Below, one piece after another: positions 13,283 through 28,249 of a stretch of DNA of 64,000 nt. Each line of letters starts with the position of its first letter. The first letter of the stretch is position 1. Source of the stretch: the human T2T-CHM13v2.0 reference genome, Homo sapiens; the NCBI RefSeq assembly GCF_009914755.1, contig NC_060927.1. The stretch is one strand, 5' to 3'. The position numbers were made by a program, and so were the translations under genes. The notes under the pieces are model-generated. The model was not told the origin of the DNA and did not search any database. It was given only the letters and a program-made list of their open reading frames with translations.

Positions 13283-13510
13283 TACAGTTCTCTTTTCTAA
13301 CCTCACTCAATTGTTTCTTTTATTTTCATTTTGGCCCAGCTCATATATCTGGTCTCTGTCTTTGTCCCTATTCCTTAGTCCTGACTGATTACCTGTTTAT
13401 TATGAAACCCTTGATTCCTAAGAAGTAGCCATCATGGCCTAAATGAACTGCCTTGACCAGAAGTGGTGGTGGTTACAGTGAATATGGTTAATTTTGTTTC
13501 AAACATATCA

Positions 13511-13863
<353 letters not shown>

Positions 13864-14300
13864 GGTGAAAATAAGGTCATAGAATGTAAAACTCACCCAT
13901 TTGAACCCATTTGAAAGAATTACTTGAAACCATTAAAGTGAATGATACTCTTTTTTGGACAGTAAAAAGGACAAAGGGGAGACAGTGAGGACTCAGCCTC
14001 GGGATTATTCAGCTAGGAATTAGAGAAATATCCTGCTAGAATTTTCAAAAAGCATTCTTTGGGGAAGTCCCCTTTAAGACTGTTTCTAAATGTCTGCCAG
14101 AGGATGCTCAGAGGTGCTGACTTTTTAATCACCATTAACATTTATTAATCACTAATTTTTAAATTAAAGAAAAAATGGATACAGATGATGGCAGAGGAAG
14201 GTAGTAAAAGTTTTCAAGGAGGCAGGAAAATCCTTTGAGGAAGGAAAACTTTGGATGGATCAAGAATATAAGGACCTGAGATCCAGAAACTGTTTCTTCA

Positions 14301-16400
<2,100 letters not shown>

Positions 16401-16474
16401 AGTTTACCATATTCCATTTCCCATGTTCCAGGCTTTTGCTATGTGCATATACATAAATTAAAATTATACAGTTT

Positions 16475-17197
16475 CACAAATGAATATTAAATGTTTTATT
16501 GTTTTTGTCTAAAGTTTCAGACATTTCTAAACAAAAAAAAAACACTTATCAAGAAAAGTGTAAAAACATACTTCTTTACGTATATGTAAATGTAAAACAA
16601 CAATTTTTACATATGTGTAATATGTATACATATTATGCTTAGGAGATTTATTCTTTTACTATGACTAAATAATAAAATTATATAAGCTATGTCTCAAAGT
16701 TTTGGGGGGATTTGTATTTTCTGCTTGACTGAGTGTTGGCTATAGTGGAGAAAGGGCATAATGTCTTTCTTTTTCAATATCTTCAAGAGGAGGTGATTCT
16801 GTAGTCCTTCACATATCGATTTTGAAAAAATCTGCTTTTAAATGTTTTTAAGGAATAACAAAATTACAATAACAATCTTTTAAGGAATAACAAAAGTTAA
16901 GCTTGAGTGACATTTTCATTTTTTTCAGTAGCTCACATGAAAATTAGAGAACTCTAGATATTATTAATATTTCTGAAAGAAAAGGAAGATTTAGATAATT
17001 GGATTAGGGAATACATAAATTGTAAATCGGTCTCCATTTCTAGAGTACACAATTTTCTTATTTGAAAAAAATTATTTCTTATTTCTTATTGTTAAACAGA
17101 ATAGACTTTACAGTAACAACAACAAAAAAGAAAAATTTTTAAAAGAATCTTCCAATTTTCTTATTAGCATTTTTTAAAAGGTAATACCATCTCTGAC
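16475..17197 (-). other. MORC1: MORC1 3'UTR
   Basis: Between stop codon and AATAAA; cleavage site approximate. Confidence 0.75.
16495..16500 (-). terminator. MORC1: MORC1 polyadenylation signal AATAAA
   Basis: TTTATT on plus strand about 700 nt past the stop, just before repeat-derived sequence begins. Confidence 0.7.
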
Positions 17198-17353
17198 TTA
17201 ATTTTCAGAAGTCTTTTCATTTTTTTCTAAAGGGAGTCTATGTCTTGCATCTATAGTTACTTTATTTAAATTGTTCTGGAAGAGAAGATTATCTTCTTTA
17301 AGCAAAGCTTCTAAATAAGTGTCAGTCTGCTCCAGGTCACCTTCTGGACCACC
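17198..17353 (-). CDS. MORC1: MORC1 terminal coding exon (GGPEGDLEQTDTYLEALLKEDNLLFQNNLNKVTIDARHRLPLEKNEKTSEN*)
   Basis: Acceptor TCTCTTTTCCAG|GGT; 156 nt; TAA at 17200-17198; matches recalled MORC1 C-terminus. Confidence 0.95.
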   Translation of the reverse strand, partial: GGPEGDLEQTDTYLEALLKEDNLLFQNNLNKVTIDARHRLPLEKNEKTSEN

Positions 17354-17910
17354 CTGGAAAAGAGAAGCAACAGTCACACCAGGGAAAAAAGCTGCAGAGC
17401 TTATTCCTGTAATTTGGGCAGCCTCCTAACAGTCTTCCCTATGACTCATGCTGCAACAAAAGCCACCTTACATTTGAATCATGCTTTTAACCTTTCAAAA
17501 GGTTTTCTCATTTAATGTCATTTTATGCTAACAAGCGGTTAGAAACTTGGTTCATTTTTTTTATTCTGTAGTGGAAGTTAGTACAACTTTTTTTCTCTTT
17601 TTAAAAAATTACTTGCTATATTCCTAAAGCCTCCTCAGTCTAATCTCATCCTTCTTTGTTATAGACTGTAATCTCCTATTTTTAAAATTAATGAATCTTT
17701 AGCCTTGTAGGCAAAAACAGACAAGTAGCCAAATTTTGTCTTCTTTGTTTCCTCTATTTCCATTGCAGCGTCTTTTCCCTCAGCTCTTGGCTTACGACCC
17801 TGGTCTGTCTCCTGTTTATCCTCCCCTTCTCTCTTTTACTCAGCTCCCTACTGAGGCGATTTCATGCTCTCCTTTCCTGGACTTCTTGATCCATGGAACA
17901 GTTAGACGTA

Positions 17911-19274
17911 TGAGTTGGGTCTTCAAAAAGTTCATGGAAAAGGCATATTATGAAAAAACTACGTAGGCATGGATTTCAAAAATTTTGAACAAAAATCAAC
18001 TCACACTAAGTTGTTATGACATATTTGACCAGGATCTAGTCTGAAGCACTAAAAGGATAAGATATCAGTTTGAAAGCAGCCCCTATCAGAGCAACATGAA
18101 TTCTGCTGCAATTGAAGCAAGAACATACATCAAATTTATGGTGAGGCTTGGGTGGAAGAATGGTAAAATCATTCATGCTTCATGAAAAGTTTATGGGGAC
18201 AATGTCCCCAGTGGAGAGCCTATAACAGAGAAGGATGAGATTAGACTGAGGGGGCTATAGGACTATGGCAAGTAATTTTTTAAAAAGAGAGAAATCAGCA
18301 GTTAACAAATAACAGATAACTTAAGAACAGATGAGATGATGTTGAAGAGGAAGCTAGCAATGTCAGACTGTCCACATCCCTTTGCAAGGAAAAAGTTAAT
18401 CTTGTTCATTCTCTAACTGGAGAGGATGGATGATGCTTAATAGCAGAAACAATCGCCAACACCACAGACATCTCAAGTGGTTCAGTTAACACAATTCTGA
18501 CTGAAAAATTAAACTTGAGCAAACTTTCCACTCAATGGGTGCCAAAACCATTGTGCCTAGATCAGCTGCAGACAAGAGCAAAGCTTTCAATGGAGATTTT
18601 AGACAAATGGGATCACGATCCTGAAGGATTTCTTCAAAAAACTGTAACAGGAGATGAAACATGGCTTTGCAAGTATGATCTTGAAGACAAAGCAATGGCT
18701 ACCTAGAGGTGGAAGTGGTCCAGTCAAAGCAACAGTGGTCGGTCAAGAGCAAAGGTCATGACAACAATTTTTTGGGATACTCAGGGCATTTTGCTTGTTG
18801 ACTTTTTTGAGGGCCAAAGAACAATAACATCAGCTTATTATAATGGTGTTTTGAGAAAGTTAGCCAAAGCTTTCACAGAAAAATGCCTGGGAAAGCTTCA
18901 TCAGACAGTCCTCTTCCACCAAGACAATGTTCCTGCTTATTCCTCTCATCAGACAAGGGCAATTTTGTGACAGTTTTGACAGGAAATCATTAGGCATACA
19001 CCTTATAGTCCTGATCTGACTCCTTCTGACTTCTTTTTAAAAATCTTTAAAAAAAAATCTGTAAAGGGCATCCATTTTTCTTTAATAATGTAAAAAAGAC
19101 TGCATTGACATGGTTAAATTCCAAGGACTCTTAGATCTTTAGAGATGGACTAAAAGGCTGCTGCCATTGCTTACATAAGTGTCTTGACCTTGATGGAGAT
19201 TATGTTGAGAAATAAAGTTTACATTTTGACTTTTAACTTTTAATCCCGTTTTTCCATAAACTGAGGTCTCCTTG
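17911..19274 (+). mobile_element. HSMAR2 mariner transposon, near full length, transposase inactivated
   Basis: Preceded by TA; left TIR ...CTTCAAAAAGTTCATGGAAAA; ATG at 18096; motifs WVPKPL, TGDETW, HQDN, YSPDLTPSDF (DD34D-type); stop at 19213-19215; frameshifts and stops; degenerate right TIR. Confidence 0.92.
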
Positions 19275-21287
19275 AATGTTCCCTCTTGGCTGACTGATCT
19301 AAATCTCATTCCCTTGGGCCCAACTATGGGATCAACTAACTCTCCAACTGAACGAACAGATAAGAGGATTTTTAGGAAGGGCCTTTCAGAAACAATCCTA
19401 GCACTAAGTGTCTAGCACCATTAACCTCGCCTCTGCATCTTTTCTCTGGTTCCATAAAATATGCTTCAACTTTACTCCCTCTACCACAGATTTGCTCTAA
19501 CAAGGCTGAATTTTACTGAGTTCCAGCTTGGTGACTGGGACACTGTTCCTACAGATGGATTACAATGATGTTGATATTTACCTTGACTTCCAAATATTCG
19601 CTGACCCTGAAGAATGCCCTGTGACCCTGACACAAAGCACTTCTCGTCCTGTTAGATATAATCTCATCTTTTGGCTATTATCCTCTGCCTGGTGGAATAA
19701 ACTTCTTCCAGGATGCTACATTATTTCCACACTCGGCTTCTTCATGTGCCTGCCCCATCTCTATCTGCTCTGGGTCCCTCATCTCGATTCTCTGCTGTAC
19801 TCTACGGCAGTGGCTCTGACAACCAGAAACTGTGAAATAGAAATTTCATGTGGGGCGATGAGAGTAATACATTTGGGCAGGAGCCCTTTGAGTACCTCTC
19901 CACTGAGATTAGGCAAAAGAGTTTCATACTCTGCTGGCTGAAGCCCTTAACTTGCCTACCAAACTTTGTGAATACAGCAAATTCAATTAGTATGGTTACT
20001 CTGGCTGCTGCTTAAGAACCTAGAGGTTTGGCAGAGAAGGAGTAGTAAACGATTATTCTTTCAGTTTTTCTTAGCCTAACGTGGATTTGCTATTATGAAA
20101 GCCAATTATTTTATAAACTTGTTTAATAGTCAGGAAGTGGTATTCAATTTCTAGGATACATAATTTCTTTGGTCTTTCTAGTTTACTTGTTAGTGAAACA
20201 ATAATCGTCACTGAAACACTACCATGTGCTAGGCTCCATACCAGACTTTTAACACATGAAAACATTTGGCATTCTTCACAGCCACAAGAACCAAAAGGAG
20301 CTCTACTGAAATCCTACTCTCATAGCAATAAATAAACTAGACAAATTGGCTGAAGTGGTATGGTTGATAGAAGCGCAAATACAATTACCTTTATATAAAA
20401 ATTAGCATTAAACATCTTTCTAAATTTTAATAACATAACATTTTAACTGTTGCCTAGACCATCAAAGGGGAGAGGGACATCTCTTTTGGCAATATACTTA
20501 AATTAAGCAAATAAAAAAAAAAAAAGCTTTTCTGCATTTTGTTTTGTACTTAATATAAGATAAATTTCAGATAAATTAAAAATTTTTTTGAAGTGGGAAG
20601 GGACTCCCACGTTTAAATGTTCACAACCAGGAATGAAACCCAGGCAGCCTGGCTTCAAGGTCCATGTTCTTCACACATTATACAGATATATGTATGGCGA
20701 GTTTCTTGTCTCTCCCTAGCCTTTTCAAGGGCAAGGCAATCCTCTAGCCAATCCTCCATAAGGGTCTCAGTTCTTGTCCCCTCACCTTGCATGGCCCAGG
20801 AAGGCTCTGTCTCCTGTTCCAGCACTCAGGGCCTATATTTGAGGACAAAATGCCACAGGCTCCCTAGGCTCACTGTTCTGGCTTGGATTTCTCAATTTAT
20901 TTCTAGAATCCACAGGAAGACTTTCAATCCTGACTACATATATTTTCAGTTTTGTTGTATTTTATGCAACATTTCCATGTGCTATAGAAGATGGGCTCTT
21001 CCTCATCAGTTCAACCTATCACTAACTCAATTCTTTATGCATTGAAACGTACAAACAAAACTGACAGTAATCCATACTTACATGATGTTTCCTGACTTCT
21101 CCAAAACTGTCCTCTAAGATTAAGAGGATTTTTATTTATGCATTAAAATAAAAGTAAAGTAAAATATTTCGCTGTCTGAAAAAACTGAAAAAATTACCTA
21201 CTGGTCACATGTTATTAAGGGGACACCAAGGATGATCATGCTATACCAACAGCACAAGCAAAGATTCTGAACTAAGATACAAAAGAA

Positions 21288-21435
21288 TGTGTGCCTGTAG
21301 TTCCAGCTACTCGGAAGGCTGAGGCAGGAGGAATCACCTGAACCCAGGAGGCGGAGGTTGCAGTGAGCCAAGGTCGCGCCACTGCACTCCAGCCTGGCAA
21401 CACAGCAAGACTCCATCTCAAAAAAAAAAAAAAAA
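21288..21435 (+). mobile_element. 5'-truncated Alu (right arm)
   Basis: TSD AAGATAC(A/G)AAAGAA at 21274-21287 and 21434-21447. Confidence 0.9.
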
Positions 21436-21644
21436 GATACGAAAGAACACAGAGTTTCTAAATGTTCTAATATATGCCTTCACAGTTCATTTATTTATGA
21501 TTTCAAAATCCTTATGCAGAGAGTAAGGGCTGACTTAAGTGACTTGTCCAGGTCAGTAAGTGAATGACAATGTTAGGAGAAGTTAGCTGAGTTCTCGTTC
21601 CGTAGAGTCTACTCCTACTGCTCAAATACAACTTTTTCACTCAC

Positions 21645-21839
21645 CAGTTGGAGTTTCTGCAACAATAGTGCCAGTTTTATACGAAGATTCTTCAGCTTAT
21701 CCTCAGAGATTTTTCTTTTATTTTCACATTGCCCCAGAGAGATTTCATTATGTATTCCTCTTGTATTTGAATCATAGATAATGGACTGCAATTTCCTCTT
21801 TATTTTTTTTTCATATTGGACCATGTAAGTATTCTGTAT
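21645..21839 (-). CDS. MORC1: MORC1 penultimate exon (IQNTYM...LLQKLQL), coiled-coil region
   Basis: Acceptor TTCCCAG|ATA, donor CTG|GTGAGT; 195 nt, phase 0-0. Confidence 0.95.
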
Positions 21840-23529
21840 CTGGGAATGTTTTAAAAACAGTTTTAGCATGTTTTTAAAATATTACTTTCCCTCTAATATC
21901 ACTAGACAATTTCATATTCCAACTCTGCCTACATGTACCAAGTGTCAACTTCGTAGGTGGTCTAAATTTAGGAAATATTGATACCCTTAAGGAACTTACA
22001 TACACTCTGATAGAAGACTAAGAGAGAAGAGAAAAATGTATAATATTTCAATAATTGTAATTATAAGGAGGAAAGAGACACATGACAGTGAGCTTGGAGA
22101 CCTTTGGTCTGGAATGAAGAAGAAACCTCGTAAAGGTTGAATCTGTTCTCCCAATGGCGATCACCAGATTATTTAAGGCACAAAGTGAGCAGGTGCCTGT
22201 GACTCTCTCCACAGCACCAGTAATTCACAGGCAATGACAGAATGGCCCACCACTTGGGGCTGTCTGGCAGATGATGTAGTGTTACTTGTAAGGCAAGGCT
22301 GTAGCATCTAGAAAGCACAGAAACTACAGAAAGAGGAATTCCTGTTCTCACTCTCTTCGGGTTCCTTATCGTGATACAAAAAGTACAGATAGTTATGTAT
22401 ATGACCCTCATTAATAGAAGAATCTTGGTTGTTCTCCAAAATTTCATGCTGTGCCTGAGGCACTCATGAAGCAGAAAGAGGTAATGGAGAGGCCAAATGC
22501 TTCAGTTTCAGAATGACATTAATTGCTTGTATAAACATTTCTAGAAGGCCAAGAGATATTCTGAGAAAAGAGATACACGGCAAATCCCATTTTGATAAGC
22601 ATTTTGATGTTTATGTAATAAGGAGATTTCTGCATTCTAACATGACTGGGTTGCCAAGAAAGTTGTAAGGTAGCCTCATTTGTCTTTTGGGCCTACCCTT
22701 CCCTTTTCAGACCCTCCACTACGTTGACTATGTGCAGACCCTTCTCTGACATCCACATCATCTCCTTTAGCATTCGCTGACCTCACGAGTTTCCCCTTTT
22801 TCTACAAAATCCTTTAAACAAGCAAACAAAAATCCCTACATATAGGAAATTCTGTTTAATAAATATTCACTAACTAGTTCCTAACTCGAAAGCACTGCAT
22901 TTAATTATAGATGACGTGGAGATATATAGGGTACAGTCTTTGCCCTCAAGAACTCTCTAGTTCACAGCATGAGATAATACAAGTGTGCACATAAATCTTA
23001 TGGAACATAAGGACCTTGTGCCCCCAAGAAAGGCACTAAATAGCAGGGATTCAGGACAGCAGATAATGCAGCACTCACAGCAAGGGAATTTCAAACACAT
23101 GGGTAAATCCTGCCTTGAAATCCACGCCACATTTCAAGATCCTGGAAGGGAATCCACTTTTGAACATCTTTAATTCAACCTAACAAGTTGATGACTTACA
23201 ACTAAGGTAACCACCACCTCCACCAGGAAGCTTCATAGATGCTTCCTATAGAGGCTGCAGGCAAACCCAGGGAGAGATATCTACTGCCTGAAGGTGGAGT
23301 AGAAGGAATAACTTAACTCAGCTGGAATAAGGAGGACAGTGTTACATACAGTTCACCTGTCACTAGCCACTTAATTACAGTTTTCAGAACTCCAGAATTT
23401 TATAGCTTTTGCCATGCTGAATAACAGTCAGAAAACACTTTTTTCATAAAAATAAAAGCCACAATAAAATAAACCAAAACAAATCAAAGATAAATATCAA
23501 AAATGGCAAACATTATGGAAACATTATTT

Positions 23530-24050
23530 GAAAAAACAATAGTATTGCTCATCAGCCATCAAAAGGAACCTGCTATTGACACACTTAAATGGACCCGAAG
23601 TGACGCTGAATAAATAAAGCAATTGTCAAATGACACACACATATGATTCCATTTCTACAGCATTCCTGAAAAGACAAAGCAATAGAGATGGAGAACATAT
23701 TAGTGGATGCCAGGAGTTAGAGGTAATTGTGGAAGGCCTGAGTGGATATGACTATAAAAAGGTAGCATAAGGGAGATAATTATGGTAATGAGAATTCTGC
23801 ATCCTGATTTCAGTAATGAGAATTCTGCATCCTGATTTCGGTAATGGTTATACAAACTTCCATGTATGATAAAATGACATACAACTATACACACACATTT
23901 TACCAAATTCAATTTCCTGGTTTTGATATTGTACCATAATTATGCATAATTATGCACTGGGGAAACCGGGTGATGAGTACACAGGACCTCTCTGTACTAT
24001 TTTTGCAACTTCCTATGAATCTATAATTATTTTGAAATTGAAAGAAAGAA
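23530..24050 (+). mobile_element. Old L1M 3' end
   Basis: TATGATTCCATTTCTA, AATAGAGATGGAGAACATATTAGTGGATGCCAGG, CTCTCTGTACTATTTTTGCAACTTCC. Confidence 0.8.
23785..23846. repeat. 28-bp tandem duplication GTAATGAGAATTCTGCATCCTGATTTC(A/G)
   Basis: Two copies plus a 6-bp partial, read directly. Confidence 0.9.
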
Positions 24051-25937
24051 GCAAAAACAAAAAGCCTCGACACTATTAATACGAGATGAGACCAAGAATG
24101 TTTATATAGTACACTACAAAGTCATATTCAGTCTCTGAAAGTTTACCTTTTAGTAACCAGTAAACTACGTTTTTATCAAATTCTACAGGCCAGCCTTTTG
24201 GTTTATTCTCTTGCCTTTCTCTCCAGGAGGTTCTGCTAACCTCTCCAGGAAGTTTCCATGAAAGGTAACACTTTTGACAACTTTTCAAGCTCAGTGTAAA
24301 AGGACATCTAGTTGTACTAGCTTTTTTGTGTGTTAACATTTTAATTAAGGTGAGAAAATAATTGTAACAAGATGAGAGGCTTAGTTCTGCTGGTTAAACC
24401 CACTCTTGTAGAAGTATCTGCAGATCAAAAACCAAAGTCTTTCCGAACTACATTAATTCAGAATGGAATTAGGATTTGAAAGAAAGGATATTTAACTGAG
24501 ATTTTAATTTTCTACCTTGAATTCAAAGAGTAGGAGCTCTAGCAGTTTTGCAGCTCCAAAATCCTAATGAGTTTGTGCAAAGTAAGGAAGGCCTACAACA
24601 TCTATAGATTTTGTACCATACAAACAGGAATATTCATTTAAGTGTTTATGTTGGCAGTCACTAAAGCAGAAACAATCAACTTTGATTCAACACGTAACTA
24701 TTAAGATCCAGATGCATTCAAAGGCACTGGTTGAATGCTGCTAGAATACAGAGTTTGATGACAGGATTATTAACTTCAAGGATTCTATCATCTAACTGAG
24801 AAGAAAGTGAAATATAATAAACTATTATAAGATAGAAATGTTAACTAATGCTAAAACAAAGTTTTAAGGTTCTCCCAGAACACAGAGAGGTCAAGATTAA
24901 TTTCACATGGAAAAACTGAGAGTCTTCACATAAAACATAATATTGACCAAGCTCAATGGGGAAGGATTTCAAGAGGCCCACTGTGTATTGGGAGAGTCGA
25001 TAGGAGTATTTTGGGGAATATCAGGAGGGGAAAGGCTCAGAGGTAGACCAGTGTAAGTAAGTTGGAATAACTCTGGGGCACTCATTTTAGATGGAACAGA
25101 GGCCTGTGAGGAAAGAATAAAAGATAATGGTTTGAGTCAGGTGATGCAGGACCACCAATGCTATTATGAATCATCTACTACTACAATAGTAGTTATGAAA
25201 ACCACTGTTGTGACCAAAGAAGCCAGTGACTTATGTAAGTTTCTCCCGTGCTTTGATGTGGCTCTCTTTATTAAATGCACACACCTTAAATCAAGTTGTT
25301 CTGTGTTTTGCTTACAAGATCTCATTTCAGTAGGAACTGCTGGTCTCCTGACTGTTTATCTCGCTTTGATTTTTTAATCTGACTTGTCCTGCATGTTAAG
25401 GGGATACTGCTCATCATCTATGCTAACTCTGTTCACCCTGAATAAACACATGTCTTATTCACTCTGGCTCCATTACTAATGGTGTAGACATTGGAAAAAA
25501 TATTTAGAAACAGTTATAAAACGGTATATATAAGCTTGGATAAACAGCTGTATGACAGTATAATTCTTAGCAAATTTCGAAGTTTTACAGTGCATTCAAA
25601 TCAGAGTCCCCTAACCAGTAAATGGAGAGCTACAGGAAGATCCAGGAGCCTTACAGATAAGCTCCTCAAGCTGACTGCCACAGACTTTCGGTTGGGACAA
25701 TGAATTCCTGGTGGGCCAATACGCCAACCCATCTACCACACATACCCCACAGAAATATATTACTGTCAGCATCTCCTCAATATATGTCTCATGATGTAAT
25801 GTCAGGTCTCTAGTAACTTAAAAATAATTTTTCTACACCAACAGGCTGAGAAGTTGTAATATACTTATTGCAAGTAATACATGTGACCTCTATCACAAAG
25901 ATGAAGTATTCAAGTCTGGATGAGACTAAGATGAAAT

Positions 25938-26065
25938 AGCCAGGTGTGGTGGTACAAGCCTGTAATCCTAGCCACTTCAAGGCTAAGCCAGGAGGACTGC
26001 TGGAACCCATGAGTTCAAGACCAGCCTGGGCAATGTAGCAAGATCCTATTTCAAGACAAAAACAA
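25938..26065 (+). mobile_element. FLAM / Alu left monomer
   Basis: Monomeric Alu ending in an A-rich tail. Confidence 0.8.
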
Positions 26066-26778
26066 GCGACACGAAAATAGAGGGGGTGGGCAAAAAAAAG
26101 TTGAAAAAAAGTAGAATGAAAACAACTTTGGAGTGGGAAAAATCAGGCTCCAGTTCTGAATCTGATCATGACACTGGGATATTATCTTTCTGAATCTCTA
26201 TTTCCTCATTGCTAAAAGAGATAGTGGTACCTACCTACCAAAGTTGTGAGGATAAATGTGTTAATATAGAAAAGACCTAGTTCAGTGCCTGGCGGCTCTA
26301 GTGGCTCCCAATCAATCAATCCCAGTTTTACATTATTGATGAAAATAATATTAGTGGTAGAACAGCATCAAAATATATTGAAAGTAAACTTTGTCTTTTA
26401 TTCTTGTTAGGAAATGTTGACAAGTAACTCTTCAAACTGAAAATGTTCAGTTACTGCTTTTACAGCAAAATGTTATTCAAAAAATAAATTCACTTTTCAG
26501 TTGAACAGTAATGGGAGACCAATAATTACACCTCCCCTTTTATTTCCAGTTGTTTATCACCGTCCAGTTGATAGAAACATCAAAGGCAAACGTATGAACA
26601 AGGGTTGTTAAATTTAGGCCCAGTCTGAACTTTAAATACTGTGTGATACAGTCTTTGTAAGGAGGAATATGGTTTAGGTTCTACTTGTCAAGTTTGCCTA
26701 GTTGTATGTCTTTTGGGAATTTACTTCACCATTCTTTTTCACTTATAAAACAAGAATATTCAGATGTCTTCCATTGTA

Positions 26779-26813
26779 ATTGCTTCTTGGACTTTTGGCT
26801 AAGATCAAATGCA
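26779..26813 (+). pseudogene. U2 snRNA 5' fragment retropseudogene
   Basis: ATTGCTTCTTGGACTTTTGGCTAAGATCAAATGCA matches U2 nt 1-35 (ATCGCTTCTCGGCCTTTTGGCTAAGATCAAGTGTA) at 30/35, two mismatches being CpG decay. Confidence 0.8.
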
Positions 26814-27901
26814 AAGGTACTCCATTACCTATAAAAACTATGAGGCAGTGTCTCTGCTTAGAGTCATTCTTTGCACAACTCCAGGAAGGGCCAGTCACCT
26901 CTCAATCTTTACAGATTTTCATTATATGAGAGCTTTCTAAAGATGGCTGTAAACATAAGCATACAGAAGAAGATGCTAATGGATGCACTAATGATGGAGC
27001 TAGTGATTAGGTGAGAAAGCACAGGTAAAGTGTCAACAAAGACCCAACATTTCAGTATTGATCCTGGTGTCAAAGTTCTTGACTACTCTGGCCTGTGCGA
27101 TGAATCTGGGAATCTTCATGGCCATCCTGGCTCCAACATTCATCCCCTACATCAGCTTGGCCAAGTTCACATCTTGGAGTACCAGGGTTTTTTTTTTTTA
27201 TTATTAAGTGTAAAATAAGGGATTTGAGGGCATATGATTTTTTGAGATACTTCTGTAGTAGAACTGAAGGGCACTCTGGACTCTTTCTCCCCCAGGAAAT
27301 CCTTAAGGACTAGATACACAGCATTATTTGATAACTGTTAAAAAAAAATCTACCCAGAGGAAGAGAAAGGTTGTAAGGAAATACATAAAAATATTAATAT
27401 CAGTGATCTTGGAATGGCTTGAGGCTATGGATGAATTTTTAAAAATTGCTTTTACTTCTTATATTAGCGTTAATTACTTTTATGTCTACTTTTAGAATGG
27501 AAAAATCACTAACTTAAAAACTATTGATAAGGTACTTAAAAAACTCAGAGCGATATCAAATTGTTGGAAATAATTTAAAACTTTAAAATTTCTGCTTCAG
27601 TCTAGCATTTTGAGGATTCGGTGAAAATATTTCTTTAAAAGCTCAGAATGTCCTGTTTCCTATTCAAGATACAGTCCTACTCCAAGTGTTTCATAGCTTT
27701 ATGTTATAGAAATGTTAGTATTTTAAAATTCAAAAATATGTTGCTTTATGACACCTGATAAGCTATACATTAATCTAAGTCTCGATAAGTGAATGCAAAT
27801 TTGATTTCCTTTCAAACCTAACATTTGGAAATGTACATTATTTATCCTTTCGAACACAGGATCATTTAGAATATAAATGGTGATACTGAAAGGAAGCTTA
27901 C

Positions 27902-27955
27902 CTGGTTGAAACACATTTTCAGCTTTTTGTTCATCTGCTCTGGGCACTGCTCCAG
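27902..27955 (-). CDS. MORC1: MORC1 exon (LEQCPEQMNKKLKMCFNQ)
   Basis: Acceptor AAAACAG|CTG, donor CAG|GTAAGC; 54 nt, phase 0-0. Confidence 0.93.
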
Positions 27956-28249
27956 CTGTTTTCATAAATGATAATAGAACAGGATATTAGCTTTTAGAGA
28001 ATGTGCTGTCTACAGCAGAGTTATATCACACAAGCATTGAGTATAAAAAGCATCAAAGCCTAGAACTGGCCAACATTGGTACTATGGGCCTTTTAAGTCT
28101 GGGTCTAATTAAATTAATTAACTAAATTATACTTTGCTTCCTTCCAAAAAAGGATTAAGTCAGCTTACATAAATGAATACAGCACAGTTAAAAAATTGTG
28201 CAGATACAAAACTCAAGGTGAAGGAAAATTAAGCGATAAAATAATAAAT

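Noticed and set aside
18515-18970. Functional or domesticated mariner transposase
   Set aside because: Frameshifts, stops and an insertion break the frame; antisense to the host gene
19528-21045. 137-aa and 142-aa plus-strand ORFs antisense to MORC1
   Set aside because: No domain similarity or splice support; lengths are within chance expectation
21615-21869. 84-aa ORF as a stand-alone gene
   Set aside because: It is a MORC1 exon (21645-21839) plus intronic flanks
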